Assembly (NCBI GenBank): GCA_012026655.1
Contig: JAAILG010002479.1
Location: 1-54,184, forward strand
Direction of reading: 5' to 3'
Source of the DNA: Hydrolagus affinis
Taxonomy: Eukaryota
DNA length: 54,184 nucleotides
Shown: in pieces, positions 12,598 through 24,090 of the stretch
How the letters are laid out: each line of letters starts with the position of its first letter
Position numbering within the stretch: position 1 is the stretch's first letter
Made by a program: the position numbers and the translations under genes
The notes under the pieces: generated by a model
The model's database searches: none
Told to the model about the DNA's origin: nothing
Seen by the model: only the letters and a program-made list of their open reading frames with translations

Positions 12598-13049
12598 CCG
12601 CGGCAATCGACTAACAACCAGGTTCCTATTTCCTGCAAGCTAAACAGAGGTGTGTGTATAACAACAAATTACATTTATAAAGCACCTTTCACGTTGAAAG
12701 GACATCCCAAGGTCCTGCATAGTCTTGCATGTGAGGAATTGTCTCTTGGACAGACTGTTTGAGGGCAGTAGATGCTGTAGAAGAGGATGCCAGGAGGGAT
12801 TAAAAATCTGATCAATTATCTATACCTAACGATCCTGATCTTATTAATCACATAAATGTCCACTCTATCAATTTAATGAAAAGATTCCTGGAGGGAGGGG
12901 TGGGGAGGGGGAGAAATCCCTAATTGTTATAATAGGAACTCTACACTGTCAGATTTGGACAATTTTCATTTTAAACAGACTTTGAATGTTGGACCGGACT
13001 GCTTTTATTGTGGGTAATCCACACATCTGCAACCTGCGCTACAATAATA

Positions 13050-13285
13050 AGGATAATCTATTCCTTACATTTGATATAGCACCTTGTCATGGTTTACTGT
13101 GAAGTGTACCGGCTGTGCACTTTTTAGGCAAATGATGCAGCCAATTTGCGTTCAGCAAATACCCATGAAGTGAATGACCAATTTTTTTTATCTGAGAGAT
13201 TGTTGGCCAAGATGTCAGAAGAATCTCCCTTCTCATTTTGAACAGTGTCATGGGATTTTATATTGTCCATCTGAACTGTTTTGTA
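13050..13285 (-). mobile_element. SINE remnant (family A-like tail joined to a Deu domain)
   Basis: CCTTACATTTGATATAGCAC tail, then TTGGCCAAGATG...TTTTGAACAGTGTCATGGGATTTTATATTGTCCATCTGAA. Confidence 0.6.
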
Positions 13286-14270
13286 GGCAAATTGACATCT
13301 TTACAATTTCAATACAATTCAATCCAAAGAGCAAAATAGACCAGGTAGTTTCTGTTTAGATAGTTTTTGTTCCCTGCTTACTTAACCTCTGTTTTTTAAG
13401 GATGTTGAGAACTTGAGGCAGTTATTAATTATTGCATTTGATCTAAGCTGTGAAACAATTGGATGTTGAGCGTGGTGGCAGATCCTGAGAAGCTGTCACA
13501 GAGTGGAGGTGTCAGGTTTAGCCTCAACGCTTGGCAGAGGGCAGTTTGCAAACCGTTTCATCTTGTATTATAACTGGGTGGGGGAGTGACACGTCTTGTG
13601 GGCGATGGATGGACCAGTCTATGAAGCCAGTTCTCACAAGGCCCAAACGCAGTTTTGTGCTCATTTTACTTCAAACATCCGACGACATTTCTGTGGAGAT
13701 GGTAAATACTGATGGCCTTGACCCTTTAGCAATGAAATGATGCCCATCAGGGTTGCATGGCCTGTTCCACCTTGTTAAATGCTCATTGACCTGGCTTGCT
13801 TGGCACTGTAAATTGCTGCTACTCCAGACTCCAGGTCTGGAGAGGGTTAAAAATCCTCTTTTTACAAAAAAAATTATTTACTAATAAATTGTTTCTCCGA
13901 GCCGGACTTTAACACAGAAAGATGTAAGAGAGTGGAGAGTTTCCATGCTGAAATGTTTGTGGCGTCAGTACCAGTAAATTGTGTCAGAAGGAACTAAAAT
14001 TGTTTCTCAGCGACATCCCTTCTCGTCGGGAGACTTAGTCTCTCCTTTTCCAGCATCTTCAGTGCTCTCTTCCATTCTTTCCGTCAACGAATTCCATTCA
14101 AGTTAGCAAAAAAAAATTGAGACTCCAAAGCCATTTAAAACCTAAGTTGCAAGCGAACTTATATTTGGGACGCATCAACCTGCAAAGCAAAGCCAAATCG
14201 ACCAACCAAGCGAAAAGCTGCAACTTCAAAGGCTGAGTGCTGTGGTGATTCTTCCTTTAGACACCCCGTG

Positions 14271-14443
14271 NNNNNNNNNNNNNNNNNNNNNNNNNNNNNN
14301 NNNNNNNNNNNNNNNNNNNNNNNNNNNNNNNNNNNNNNNNNNNNNNNNNNNNNNNNNNNNNNNNNNNNNNNNNNNNNNNNNNNNNNNNNNNNNNNNNNNN
14401 NNNNNNNNNNNNNNNNNNNNNNNNNNNNNNNNNNNNNNNNNNN
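14271..14443. other. Assembly gap (173 N) interrupting the BRSK2 terminal coding region
   Basis: N-run seen directly. Confidence 1.
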
Positions 14444-14602
14444 GTTGCCCGCCCGCCAGGTACACCAGCCAAACATGGCACAAACAGCAAGCGGATTGAT
14501 TCCGACACTAGTGACTATGATTCTAGAGGAGACTCTAAATTTCCAGCTGGGAGAGAGAAGGCAAAGATGGTGCCAAGTATTGGGACACAAGACCAACCTT
14601 AA
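14444..14602 (+). CDS. BRSK2: BR serine/threonine kinase 2 (SAD-A), 3' part of the long terminal coding exon
   Basis: Translates as VARPPGTPAKHGTNSKRIDSDTSDYDSRGDSKFPAGREKAKMVPSIGTQDQP*. This matches the human BRSK2 C-terminus as I recall it (…PSTPAK…GDAEYPTGKDTAKM…EQP*). Convergent adjacency to MOB2 is the known synteny. The 5' part lies in the gap; a possible acceptor is cttcctttag|ACACCCCG at 14261. Confidence 0.85.
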   Translation, partial: VARPPGTPAKHGTNSKRIDSDTSDYDSRGDSKFPAGREKAKMVPSIGTQDQP

Positions 14603-14819
14603 ACCCATTTTAGAATTAGTCCCATGTTCTGAGAGGATATAAATAACAGACTCCTTCAGTACAATGTCCATAGACAAATTTTGTATGGCGGAATAATTGT
14701 ATATAACTGAGGATTAGCACATGCAAAACTCCCCCCTCTGCAACATGTGTGTCCCTGTTTCTTTTTTTGCTGCTCTCGTTTTTTTTTGATGACCTGATTT
14801 ATTTCCACTCTGCTGCCAG

Positions 14820-14842
14820 GAATTGTCCAGAAAACTTGTTAA
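14820..14842 (+). CDS. BRSK2: Probable alternative BRSK2 terminal exon encoding (G)IVQKTC*
   Basis: Long pyrimidine tract (14755-14815) and ccag| acceptor. The phase-1 reading GA ATT GTC CAG AAA ACT TGT TAA resembles the short human isoform end GIIPKS*. Confidence 0.6.
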
Positions 14843-16245
14843 GTCCCATCTGATGATGACTCCTTTGCTGCGGACATTTGTTGAAGGAGGCAGCTGATAT
14901 CTTGGCGCATGTGGGAACCTGGCGCCCTTTGTCGCTTAACACTGACCGCTCTGGAACTCCTGCATCCCAGGAAAGGAAAAGGAATTCTGGGCGGGATGGA
15001 CACACACCTTCAGCGGCAGATTTCCCACCGGAAAAAGGGGGCTGTTGTTGGGGGGGAAAATTGATCAACGATGCCATCAGCTACAGCGGACTATTTTTTT
15101 CGGCGGGGTGGGGGGGTGGGGGGGGGGAAGCAAGACTTTGGTGGGAACTGCTGCTGAGGGGTAAGGATCAGGGGGTCAGACAACACAACACGGCAGCAAT
15201 GAACTAAACCCGTACAAGAGTAACCAAGGCATCTTCTTGTACTCCTTCTCTTTCTGTATAGATCCTGTTTGTCTAGTTGTGACACCTTGTTTAGCTGTAG
15301 AACAACAGAATCAAACACTGTGTTGCCAGTTATAAGTTTGTCAGTATTATTTATTTTTCACGGTAATATATGTATATATATATTTTTTTGTTCATTTCAC
15401 AAGGGCACCATGTTCGACTGAACAGTGTTGCTGGTTTACTAAGGGGCTTTGACCACCCACTGCTGTAAAAGGCGAGATTTATTGTGAACATTTTTATATA
15501 CCTTTAGTGTTTCTTTCGGGATTTTATTTATTGAGCCCTGGTAATTTATCAGCAGAAACTCCTAGGTGTGCGTTGTCTTCATTGTGAATGACTTATAAGA
15601 GGCAACACTTTACTGTATTTATTAAAAGAAGAAAAAAATATTTTGTCCCACTTTATCAGAGCTCTGTGAACAACCTTAACTTATTCTGTCCCAATTCAAG
15701 GAACTTGTAGTATATGTTTAAAAAAAATATAACGGTACTTTAAGAATGTAGAATAGCAGTAGTGTCTGAAATGATTATCTTATATTGCTATTTGTTAGTT
15801 TCATATCAGTGTGCGTGTACTACAGGTGAAACTATTGGACCAGTACTTGTACATAAGTAAATCGACAATGAAACATGACCCATTGGAGGTTACTGTAATT
15901 GAATTTATCTTGTATAACTGTATGCATGTCAGACATGGTTTTTCTTTGCATGACGTTGCTGTAATTGTTCCCATAATGCGCTGTCCTCTTTCTTGATCTC
16001 CTTGTGCACAAATTAATGCTTCCTTACACCGTACCTCTGCAGATAGGCTGGACTACAACACGGACGGTACAAGCAGGAAGGGGAGAAATAAAGCAATACT
16101 TATATTGATATCCTTCCTATTTTGTACTTTGGAGAAAAAAAAATACCTTATTTAACAGATCAACCCATCAAATGTATCCACCCGCCCACCATCCACCCAC
16201 CTTGCCCATTGTAACATAACTGTGAGCAACTTAAAGTGCAAGATC

Positions 16246-16285
16246 AATAAATTCATTCAATTCCAATAAATTTTGTGTGTTGGTA
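16246..16285 (+). terminator. Likely BRSK2 polyadenylation signal
   Basis: AATAAA at 16246 and 16265, followed by GT-rich TTTTGTGTGTTGGT. It closes ~1.6 kb of apparently repeat-free, AU-rich UTR-like sequence. Confidence 0.65.
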
Positions 16286-16312
16286 TTCTGCTGCTGACCA
16301 CTAGGTGCCAGT
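16281..16312 (+). promoter_or_regulatory. CTCF-like motif
   Basis: TGACCACTAGGTGCCAG, one mismatch from the CCASYAGRKGGCR core. Confidence 0.45.
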
Positions 16313-16524
16313 CATAATCTGTAGCACTGAGCCAAGCAGCATCTGCTGTAAAATACCCATATATCAACCAGGGAGGATTGTTTCTGTGTTCCAGGGATGT
16401 TTAAGGCTGGTGAGATGTTCCTGTTTAAGCAATGAGAACAGACTTGGTCTTTCAGATCATTCGTAAGGTTTATTTAATTTTGACTGTTGGTCACAGAAAC
16501 TTGTCACCTGTTATGATAATACGT

Positions 16525-16626
16525 AATAAGTAATAATTCTTGCGTTTGATATAGAGCTTTTCACGTGTTCTAGACGTCTCAAAGTGCTTCACCAGAATAT
16601 ACTGTAAAGTGAATTGACTGTATATT
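16525..16626 (-). mobile_element. SINE family A 3' fragment
   Basis: TAATAATTCTTGCGTTTGATATAGAGCTTTTCACGTG...TACTGTAAAGTGAATTGACTGTATATTT. Confidence 0.85.
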
Positions 16627-18419
16627 TAGCTACCTGAGGATGCAAGGGAAGCAGAACAAAACATTGCCCTGCACTGCCTTCATCGTGTGAAAGATCTGAG
16701 AATCCTGCCCACTTTCTGATCAGGTAGGTAGGTACAATGCTGACCTACAGATCCTTCCAATGTATCTTAAGCATCATTGAGGTAATAATCCTTGCAAAGT
16801 TTCCAAGTGTTGATTCGTTTATTTGATGGTTTGCTTCCATTCCCATTCGGATTCGAGGGAGGTGAAGCTTTTTGTTCTACCATTATTATTCATTATTATT
16901 ACCACCTCAGTAGGAACTCTCCCTGAAGACACAAGCAAGTTTTACTCCAATTGCCAGGATTCCTGTAGATGTTCAACAAGAACAGCAATAACAAATATAC
17001 TACAGTACAGTATATATAAAGCGCCTTTCGCGTTGGGAGGATGTCCCAAAGGGGGCTAATGGTCCCAAGGTTGATACTTTGATGCTAGGAATTTTTGTGT
17101 ATCCCCGTGTTGTATATTATTCTTGGTAATTTGGCCTTTCTTTTTCTATTGGAGTAGGTGGATTGTTTCCTTCTGCAGTTTCTCTACAGTGACGTCCATT
17201 CAGATAAAATCATCGGGACAACCCCTGCCGTGCCTGGGGAGCAGATGTTTGGAGAATTTGGTACCGAGCATAGCTTGCCCTCAGTATCAATCGATAAAAT
17301 GTGGAAATCCAGCCTTTGGGTTGGAGTTTAGCTGTCTAGCCCTCTCACTTTCTGTTTGATTGATTGGAAGGTTTGTTTCAGGGAATGCTCTGGTCTGTTT
17401 AACCTGTGCTGTGGATCCATGGATCCAGACAACTGCAAATTCATTCATCTCTACCAGCATAAGATATCAGATGCTTTAAAATGGAAATGCCTTTGATATC
17501 TTAGCCTCTCGTTGCAGAGTTAGAACTACTCTGTGACGTTCACTGAGACCGACTCTGGATGCGGAGGAATAGATCAACTGTCTCTGGAATGTGGACCAAA
17601 GGTAGGCAGGCAGCTTTAAGGATCTGTATCGCCTCCAAGGCGCACTCTCCTGTGGGGGTTTAGGTCTCTCGGTGTTTTACATTTGTGTGAGCAGCAAAAT
17701 TCGAGTGTGTGAGCAATAGAATTTGACTTTCTGAGATTTTAATAAAGATTCACTTTTTAAAATAATAAGTCAAGCCTGTGTTTTGATGATCACAGGAACG
17801 CTGAATTTATGCTGAGAGATTTCAAGACTCTAATGTGTGTGTGTGTTTTTTTTTAAAACAGCTTAAAAGATTCGCGTTGAGACGTATTATTTTCTAATAC
17901 CCTGAGAGTCTTGCTGTACAATGAGATTCTCTCCCTGGGCTTGAACTCGGCGCATTTTAGCTGATGGAAATGGATCAGTTTGCGATGCGTATGATTGCTC
18001 TGACATGCCGATCCTTCACAAGGCACAGCAGCCGTTCTCTCACACACTCGAATTCGTTGGGGAGGATCTAATAATGGAGATTGAGGCTGTCTCCCGGGCT
18101 GGGTTTGGCACAGTCTGAAACAGAGGGAGTTTTCAAAGCCATGCAGATCCGAGTCCTGGTGGGTTTCTTCTGGCTGAATTTAATAAGATGTTTTTGAACA
18201 TGACTTTCTCCATTAATGATGGAGGTGCAGCATTATTCATTTGCCAAGGGAGAGTTTCCTTATTCATTAAGACCGGCTGTTATTTCAGAAGTTCCCTTGG
18301 CTGCTCCTCATGTTGCCCAACATCCTTCCTGATACAAACTGCAAAGTGCCAGCTGAAGCACAGAGCGGGTAACTGGAAAATGCTGTCTGTGTTGCTTTCT
18401 TTGTAATAGAATTGTTTGC

Positions 18420-18542
18420 AGATATTTGTGCCCACACAATACACAGCCAATCCACTTTACAATATATTCTGTGAAGCGTTATACGATGTCTCATTGATGT
18501 GATCAAGCGTTAAATCAAATGCAAGGATGATTATTATTATTA
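18420..18542 (+). mobile_element. SINE family A 3' fragment
   Basis: CCCACACAATACACAGCCAATCCACTTTAC...AAATGCAAGGATGATTATTATTAT. Confidence 0.8.
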
Positions 18543-20920
18543 CTGTTATATTCTGCCACTGTCTTCCCAAGTAGTCTAAACCACCCAGCAGCATGGTGCC
18601 TTGTCCTCATCGTATTGATACACCTCCAGTCCTCAGTGTAACCAAATTAGCAAATGTTTGATGCACATTGGACTCCCAGAAACGTTTTAATTGTGCTTTG
18701 TAATCCTTACGTCCCAAGCACAAAAAACACAATTAGGTAGACCAAAGTCCCAAAAGAAAGTACAGAATTTAACCCATTGTGTGATCTTACCTCGATTGTA
18801 TTTGATCTTCAGATCAAATTTGAATACAGTACAGTACTGTACTGCTTTTCTGTCATTCTGCAATGCTAATTAATCAGTTAGTTGGACAAATGACATTTGC
18901 ACTGAACTTGTTTAAAGGAAACTGAAGAGATATCTATCTCAGGCATTCATTTATTGTAACTTGCAACTGGTATAATTTTTTTCTAGAATTACATTTCTGT
19001 TAGTTAATCGTCAATGTGTCTTTCAATATGTACTAATGTGTAATAAGGAATGTCTTTCGTTCTTTATTGTGTGACATTCCCTTTGTGGAGTTAATCGGAA
19101 ATTCCAATAAGACCTTAAGAAAGGACAGCGACTGAGGAGGAATTTTTAAACTGGAAAAATTATAAGTGAAAAATTAAGTCGATTCTGAGCATAAAAGTAT
19201 CTCTGGCAGAAAGATGTAGAAGAAAATCTCATATGAACAAATTAGGCTTGACTCTTGAGAGGGCAGACATCTGGAATCGGATAGCATCCAACAATGGTAA
19301 GACTCATCTCACAGAATTGGACATGGTTCTATTGAAGGGAGAATGGCATATCAACAGGCCAGTGCTGGATATGATGAAGAAAGGTAATTGAAGGTTAGTG
19401 GCTTTTGAAGAGAATAACAGTTGAAGTGTAGTCGATGGAGAGAGGAGAATCGAGTTTGATTGCCAGCTATTGCCTTGGAATGGGCTCAATGGATCTGATG
19501 ACCTTATTCAATTCTGAAATGATAGTTAAACTAATAAAGTGTATTTTCCAATGAATGCTTAGAGCCTCGAGTTATGTGCTGGTGACAAGGCTATCTTTGA
19601 GCTTTGGGTTGTGGACAGTCCCAGTGTTGTGACCAATTTTGCTCCTGAAGTTGTTGAAATGTGCGCTTGAGATTTCTTAGGAATTGGTTGGGGAAAAAAG
19701 AACAAGGTCTATCTATTCTGCTTCTTACCATCCTGGTTGTCGCATGCTACAATGTATAGATGTTGATAGCAATTTGGTTCTGTATGGATTAGTCTACCAA
19801 TTACAGTGGAGAAAATTGACAGAAGATTGATTGAAAATGGAAATTTTCTGTCACTTTTTGCACAAAATAAATGTCCAGTGCTCCAGTGTCAACTATCTGA
19901 ACATTCCAGTGGGACGTACGTGTATTTTTAAATATGTTTTCTCCACTTTCTTGAAGATAATTCTGCCCATATCTTTGTTCCAGGTCACCATTCACAGACC
20001 TGCTATTGGAAAGGCTGAGACAGTGAAGCTGGGAAAGAATTCTTTAATAAATTCCTTAATGTTAAATGGAGAACTGAGGGGAAGTTGCAAGGATTGCTAT
20101 TATTAAGACTGGAGGGACAGGAATCAAGGTTATTGACAGGCAAGATAAGTTAAGAAGGGTTAGGAGGTGAGGTGACAAAAAGTTGCATTTAAATAGTGGC
20201 CGTGGCGTGAGGTTAGGTGTCAGCTTCTGGGACGTTTGAGGAAAACGCTGAGTTCCACAGCGTTGAGAAAGAATGAGTAACAGTAGTTGTAGGTGCTGTA
20301 AGTGATGTCCCTGTAATCTAGGGAGTGGGAAGAACATGTAGACAACTGATTTGGAGTTTAAGAGGAACAGCAGAGAAAGTTGCAATAGGCAATAATAAAT
20401 TAATAAATATTTTATCAATAAATTAATAAAACCGATGAATACCATAAAATCTTAAAACTGAGAGCTCCCCAATTTTCTTCACGATTTGGGAAAATATGAG
20501 AACTATTCATATATGCACAACAAGTCAGCGAATAATAAGCAATAAGATTACATTCGCTGCTGTGTAAATATGTTCATTGGTGTAAATCATTACTTAGAAA
20601 TGCTGTACATCTTTGTGAACAGAATAGGGAAAAAAAAGGAACTCCTTGAATTGGACCCGCCAAATGTTTGAACGCACTGAGTTGGTGTGGATTTGTGCAA
20701 ACTTCTTAACAAGGGTCGATGCAAAATCCCCAGTTCTGGTCATGTCTGGGGTCGTTAGAATTTCATTTATTATTTAAGTGGCTACAGGTGTAACCCCCAA
20801 AGCGTTTTCTGTTTAGTTTCTTGTGCTTGAACTCGGCTAGTCCTGCCTAAAGACAAAAGTTAACAAAATTCAATTCCGAACAATTCCTCCATGCACAATC
20901 AGATGCAATTTAATTTGTAC

Positions 20921-20954
20921 TGTAATGCCTGCAGATAGCCAGCAGGTGGCACAC
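20921..20954 (+). promoter_or_regulatory. Strong CTCF motif with upstream (M2) module
   Basis: TGTAATGCC-N6-TAGCCAGCAGGTGGCACAC: perfect CCAGCAGGTGGCA core, with the upstream module at the usual spacing. Confidence 0.65.
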
Positions 20955-21527
20955 ATAAAACTGCTACCTGAGGACAGATCAGAGCAAACATTAGTTCATA
21001 CTTACTGTCAACCTGCTTCCCCCACACATTCATACACACACCCCTGACATTTGATTAATGTGAACTTCTCAGGCATGTATGCTACAGTTAACAATTTCTC
21101 AGTTGCTTAGCAGCGTAGACATCGGAAGCATCTGTGCTCTTGATTGAGTTGTAGCCCCTTATAGACCAATAAACTTTGGAGATTTAATTAACAATTCAGA
21201 CAGTCGGTATAATATGGATTTAATGCAAAGCAGTCCATCAAACTCCTATTCCAAAATGGTATTTGCTTGGTTATTAATATTAAATCCCTGATTGTCCAGT
21301 ATCTTGGGATGTCCTCCTGACGTAAAAGGTGCTGTACAAATTCTGAATGATTTTAGTTACAGATTAAGTGTTGCTGCACTAGTTTGTAGGATAATAGTAT
21401 ATGCACCCACCCACCCCGAACAAGAACAGTTATATCCCTCATTAAGGGGATAGAAAAATATGTAGAATGGATTTTATTGGCTGTCACGTTTAGAAATGGG
21501 AGCACAGCACATTTACAAGGTGTGCAA

Positions 21528-21990
21528 GAATCATAGAATTATACAGCACAGAAGGAGGCCATTCGCCTATCGTGTCTTTGCCGGCTGATTGAAGAGCTGT
21601 CCAAATCAATCCTACTTGCCTGCTCTCTCCCCGTAGCCCTGCAAACCTGTCCTCCCCAAATGACTATCTATTGTCTCTCCCCGTAGCCCTGCAAACCTGT
21701 CCTCCCCAAATGACTATCTACTTAAAAGGTGTTATTGAATCGGCTTCCACCACCCTTTCAGGCAATGCATTCCGGATCCAAGCAACTCGTTGCATAAAAA
21801 CTAAATTCTCCTCACCTCCCCTCTGTTTCTTTTTACAACTATTTTAAGTGGGTGTCCTCGGATTACTGACCCACTCACCAATGGAAATAGTTTCTCCTTG
21901 TTCACCCTATAAAATCCCCTGATAATTTTGAAAATGTCTATTAAGTCGCCTCTTAACCTTCTCTGCTCCAAGAAGAATAATCTTCGCTTC
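21528..21990 (-). mobile_element. 5'-truncated CR1 LINE (ORF2 C-terminus and 3' UTR)
   Basis: ORF track peptide LEQRRLRGDLIDIFKIIRG…LFPL…RGHPLKI is the typical CR1 ORF2 C-terminus. The element ends in TTCTATGATTC on the - strand. Confidence 0.9.
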
Positions 21991-24054
21991 ACAAAATGGA
22001 AAGTACTGAAACATGCAACAGCTTAAAGCTCATGTTTTCTCTTGGTCTGTTTGCAGACTGACCCCAGAACACACAGCCAGTCACAGAATGTGTGCGTCAA
22101 GTCTCTACTCCCGAACAGGTAACAAGCTGTTGCATCGAGTTTGTTCCAGTGTCACTCTGTCAGGCTTTAGATTCTCTTGATAATAAAACGCCAGTTTTGT
22201 GGTTAAACAGAGCACAGGTTGAAAATGTAGTTTAATAGTATGCTTTTTTTTAATCCGTTATCCATTATACCGGATTATCAGGAACAGTTGTCTATTTATA
22301 GATGTTGGAAAAATAGATTCAATTAGGTTCAAACCACTGTTTGCAGATCAACAGCAACTAGTGTTTTACATTTACTTAGCTACAGCACATGCTCTTCTGG
22401 TATTGGGTAACTTTAGTTTCAGGAACTCTCTCCTCTGGTAATGGTTTATCATCCATCTCAATCCGACTGTTACAGTGTGGAGTGGCGAATGGTTTCAGAT
22501 CTCACTAGTACCACAGCAAGGTTTATAAACTAATCTAGTGTCCCAGGGTTTCTTTGAAAAGATTTTCCTGGTGGCTAAGGGCACAAACAGGATCTTGCTT
22601 TGAATTTTCATTACTTTTAGCACGAGGAAGGAAGGTGTTTTAAGGCATGCATTATTCTTGACAACAATAAGCGGATAATGAAATGGAAGTTCAACGTTTG
22701 TTGCATTTTCAACATTGGCCAAAGGTATGTTATAAAAGGAATTGATCTTATAATCAAGGAAAGGTGTGCTTCATGTCATCTCTTGCCAGCAGGGATAATG
22801 CTCTGACCAGATATTTGGAAATGTGGTGTAACTTGGCCAATTTTCCTGTTCTTTTCGTGGTTTACTGAGAGATATATTGTAATAAGATTTGATTTGACAT
22901 GAACTATTTTGGCAGCTTGCCACGATACACCCCCCCTGATCACTGTTGCAGCTGAACATCATTGAAACACTCCATTTAGGATTATTTTTGAGGTTCAGGC
23001 ACAGGCCGATTTCTCTGGAAACAGTCAGGCTGGGGGTGGGGGTGTTTCAAAGCTCTTTCATATTTAATACGATCCTTTGCCAAAATATTTAATTACTCAC
23101 GATTACCCCCCCCCAAAATATTTATAGTTTCTAACAGTTTCTGCTGTTGCAGATGGAATGTGGAGAGTGGATGACACTTAACACAGTGTTTGGCCATACG
23201 TGGAAGGTAATCATTGCAATGGATGAATACAGCATCAAAAACATTCATTTCTGGTTCCAAATGTCTAGAGAATTCAAAAGAATGATGTGTTTACATCGAT
23301 GTTTACATGTTAAAAAATTCAAGGGCCCTTAGGTTCAGGCTGATTGATATTCTGGTCTGGGGACTTTAGCAGTGTTGCAAAAGATTAAGTTGAAAGGAGA
23401 GTGGGTAGTTAGTTACAATCCAGGGATGGAAATAAATTTGACTTTTCACAACTCCTCCCAATTAAGTAACAGTTGCTGTTATATATACTTCAGAAGAAAA
23501 TGTTGGCAGTGGGTTTGTTGTGTTAAATTCCAGCTCCAATACTCCCACCTTGAGCAGCTTCCTATAAATAGGGACCTGAAATTCAGTCAACATCTGCCTC
23601 TGAACAAAACCATGTGTAGGAGTTGGTGGAACACCAACTTCTCTCCTTATAGAACTATCACCAGATGATACAAAGCACTGACCTGCTTGGGGTGGTTCAA
23701 ATCCTGTGGCTAATGCTGAATTTGAAATAATGTATTTTCCTTCTTGGAAACTTTCTGCTCAAGTTTCCTAGCAGCTTGTGCACAAAGCAGACAAGACTGT
23801 CTGCAGGTTTCCACAAAGACATCCACCATATCAGACAAGCCTCAATAAAAATGCACAGTCACAACTAGGTAACGGTCCAAAATACTTCGCAGATAAGTCT
23901 TTCACTCTTTTAGAGCAAGATTTGATCACCCCACCCCTCTGCTTTAAGAAGGTTATGCAATAATTTATATGAGGTTTTTAAATTTTTTAAAACTAATCCT
24001 ATTTGGTGGCAATAGATAAATAAGCCCAACGCAAGATGCAAAATCATTTCACAT

Positions 24055-24090
24055 AAAAAACAAAGACATTTAAAGGTTATTTATTTTATT
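24055..24090 (-). terminator. Likely MOB2 polyadenylation signal
   Basis: Overlapping AATAAA hexamers on the - strand (24080-24090), followed by T/GT-rich TGTCTTTGTTTTTTATGT. Implies a ~1.8 kb 3' UTR. Confidence 0.65.

Noticed and set aside
1-14250. Upstream BRSK2 exons (KA1 domain; DTTNCMEMMTGRLSKC exon)
   Set aside because: Searched by eye and not found. They probably lie left of the window or in the gap; a TBLASTN would settle this.
14159-14677. ORFs spanning the N-run
   Set aside because: Artefacts of translating Ns; the real BRSK2 frame is a different one.
20062-20445. 127-aa Leu-rich ORF
   Set aside because: Low-complexity translation of a purine-skewed, probably LINE-derived remnant.
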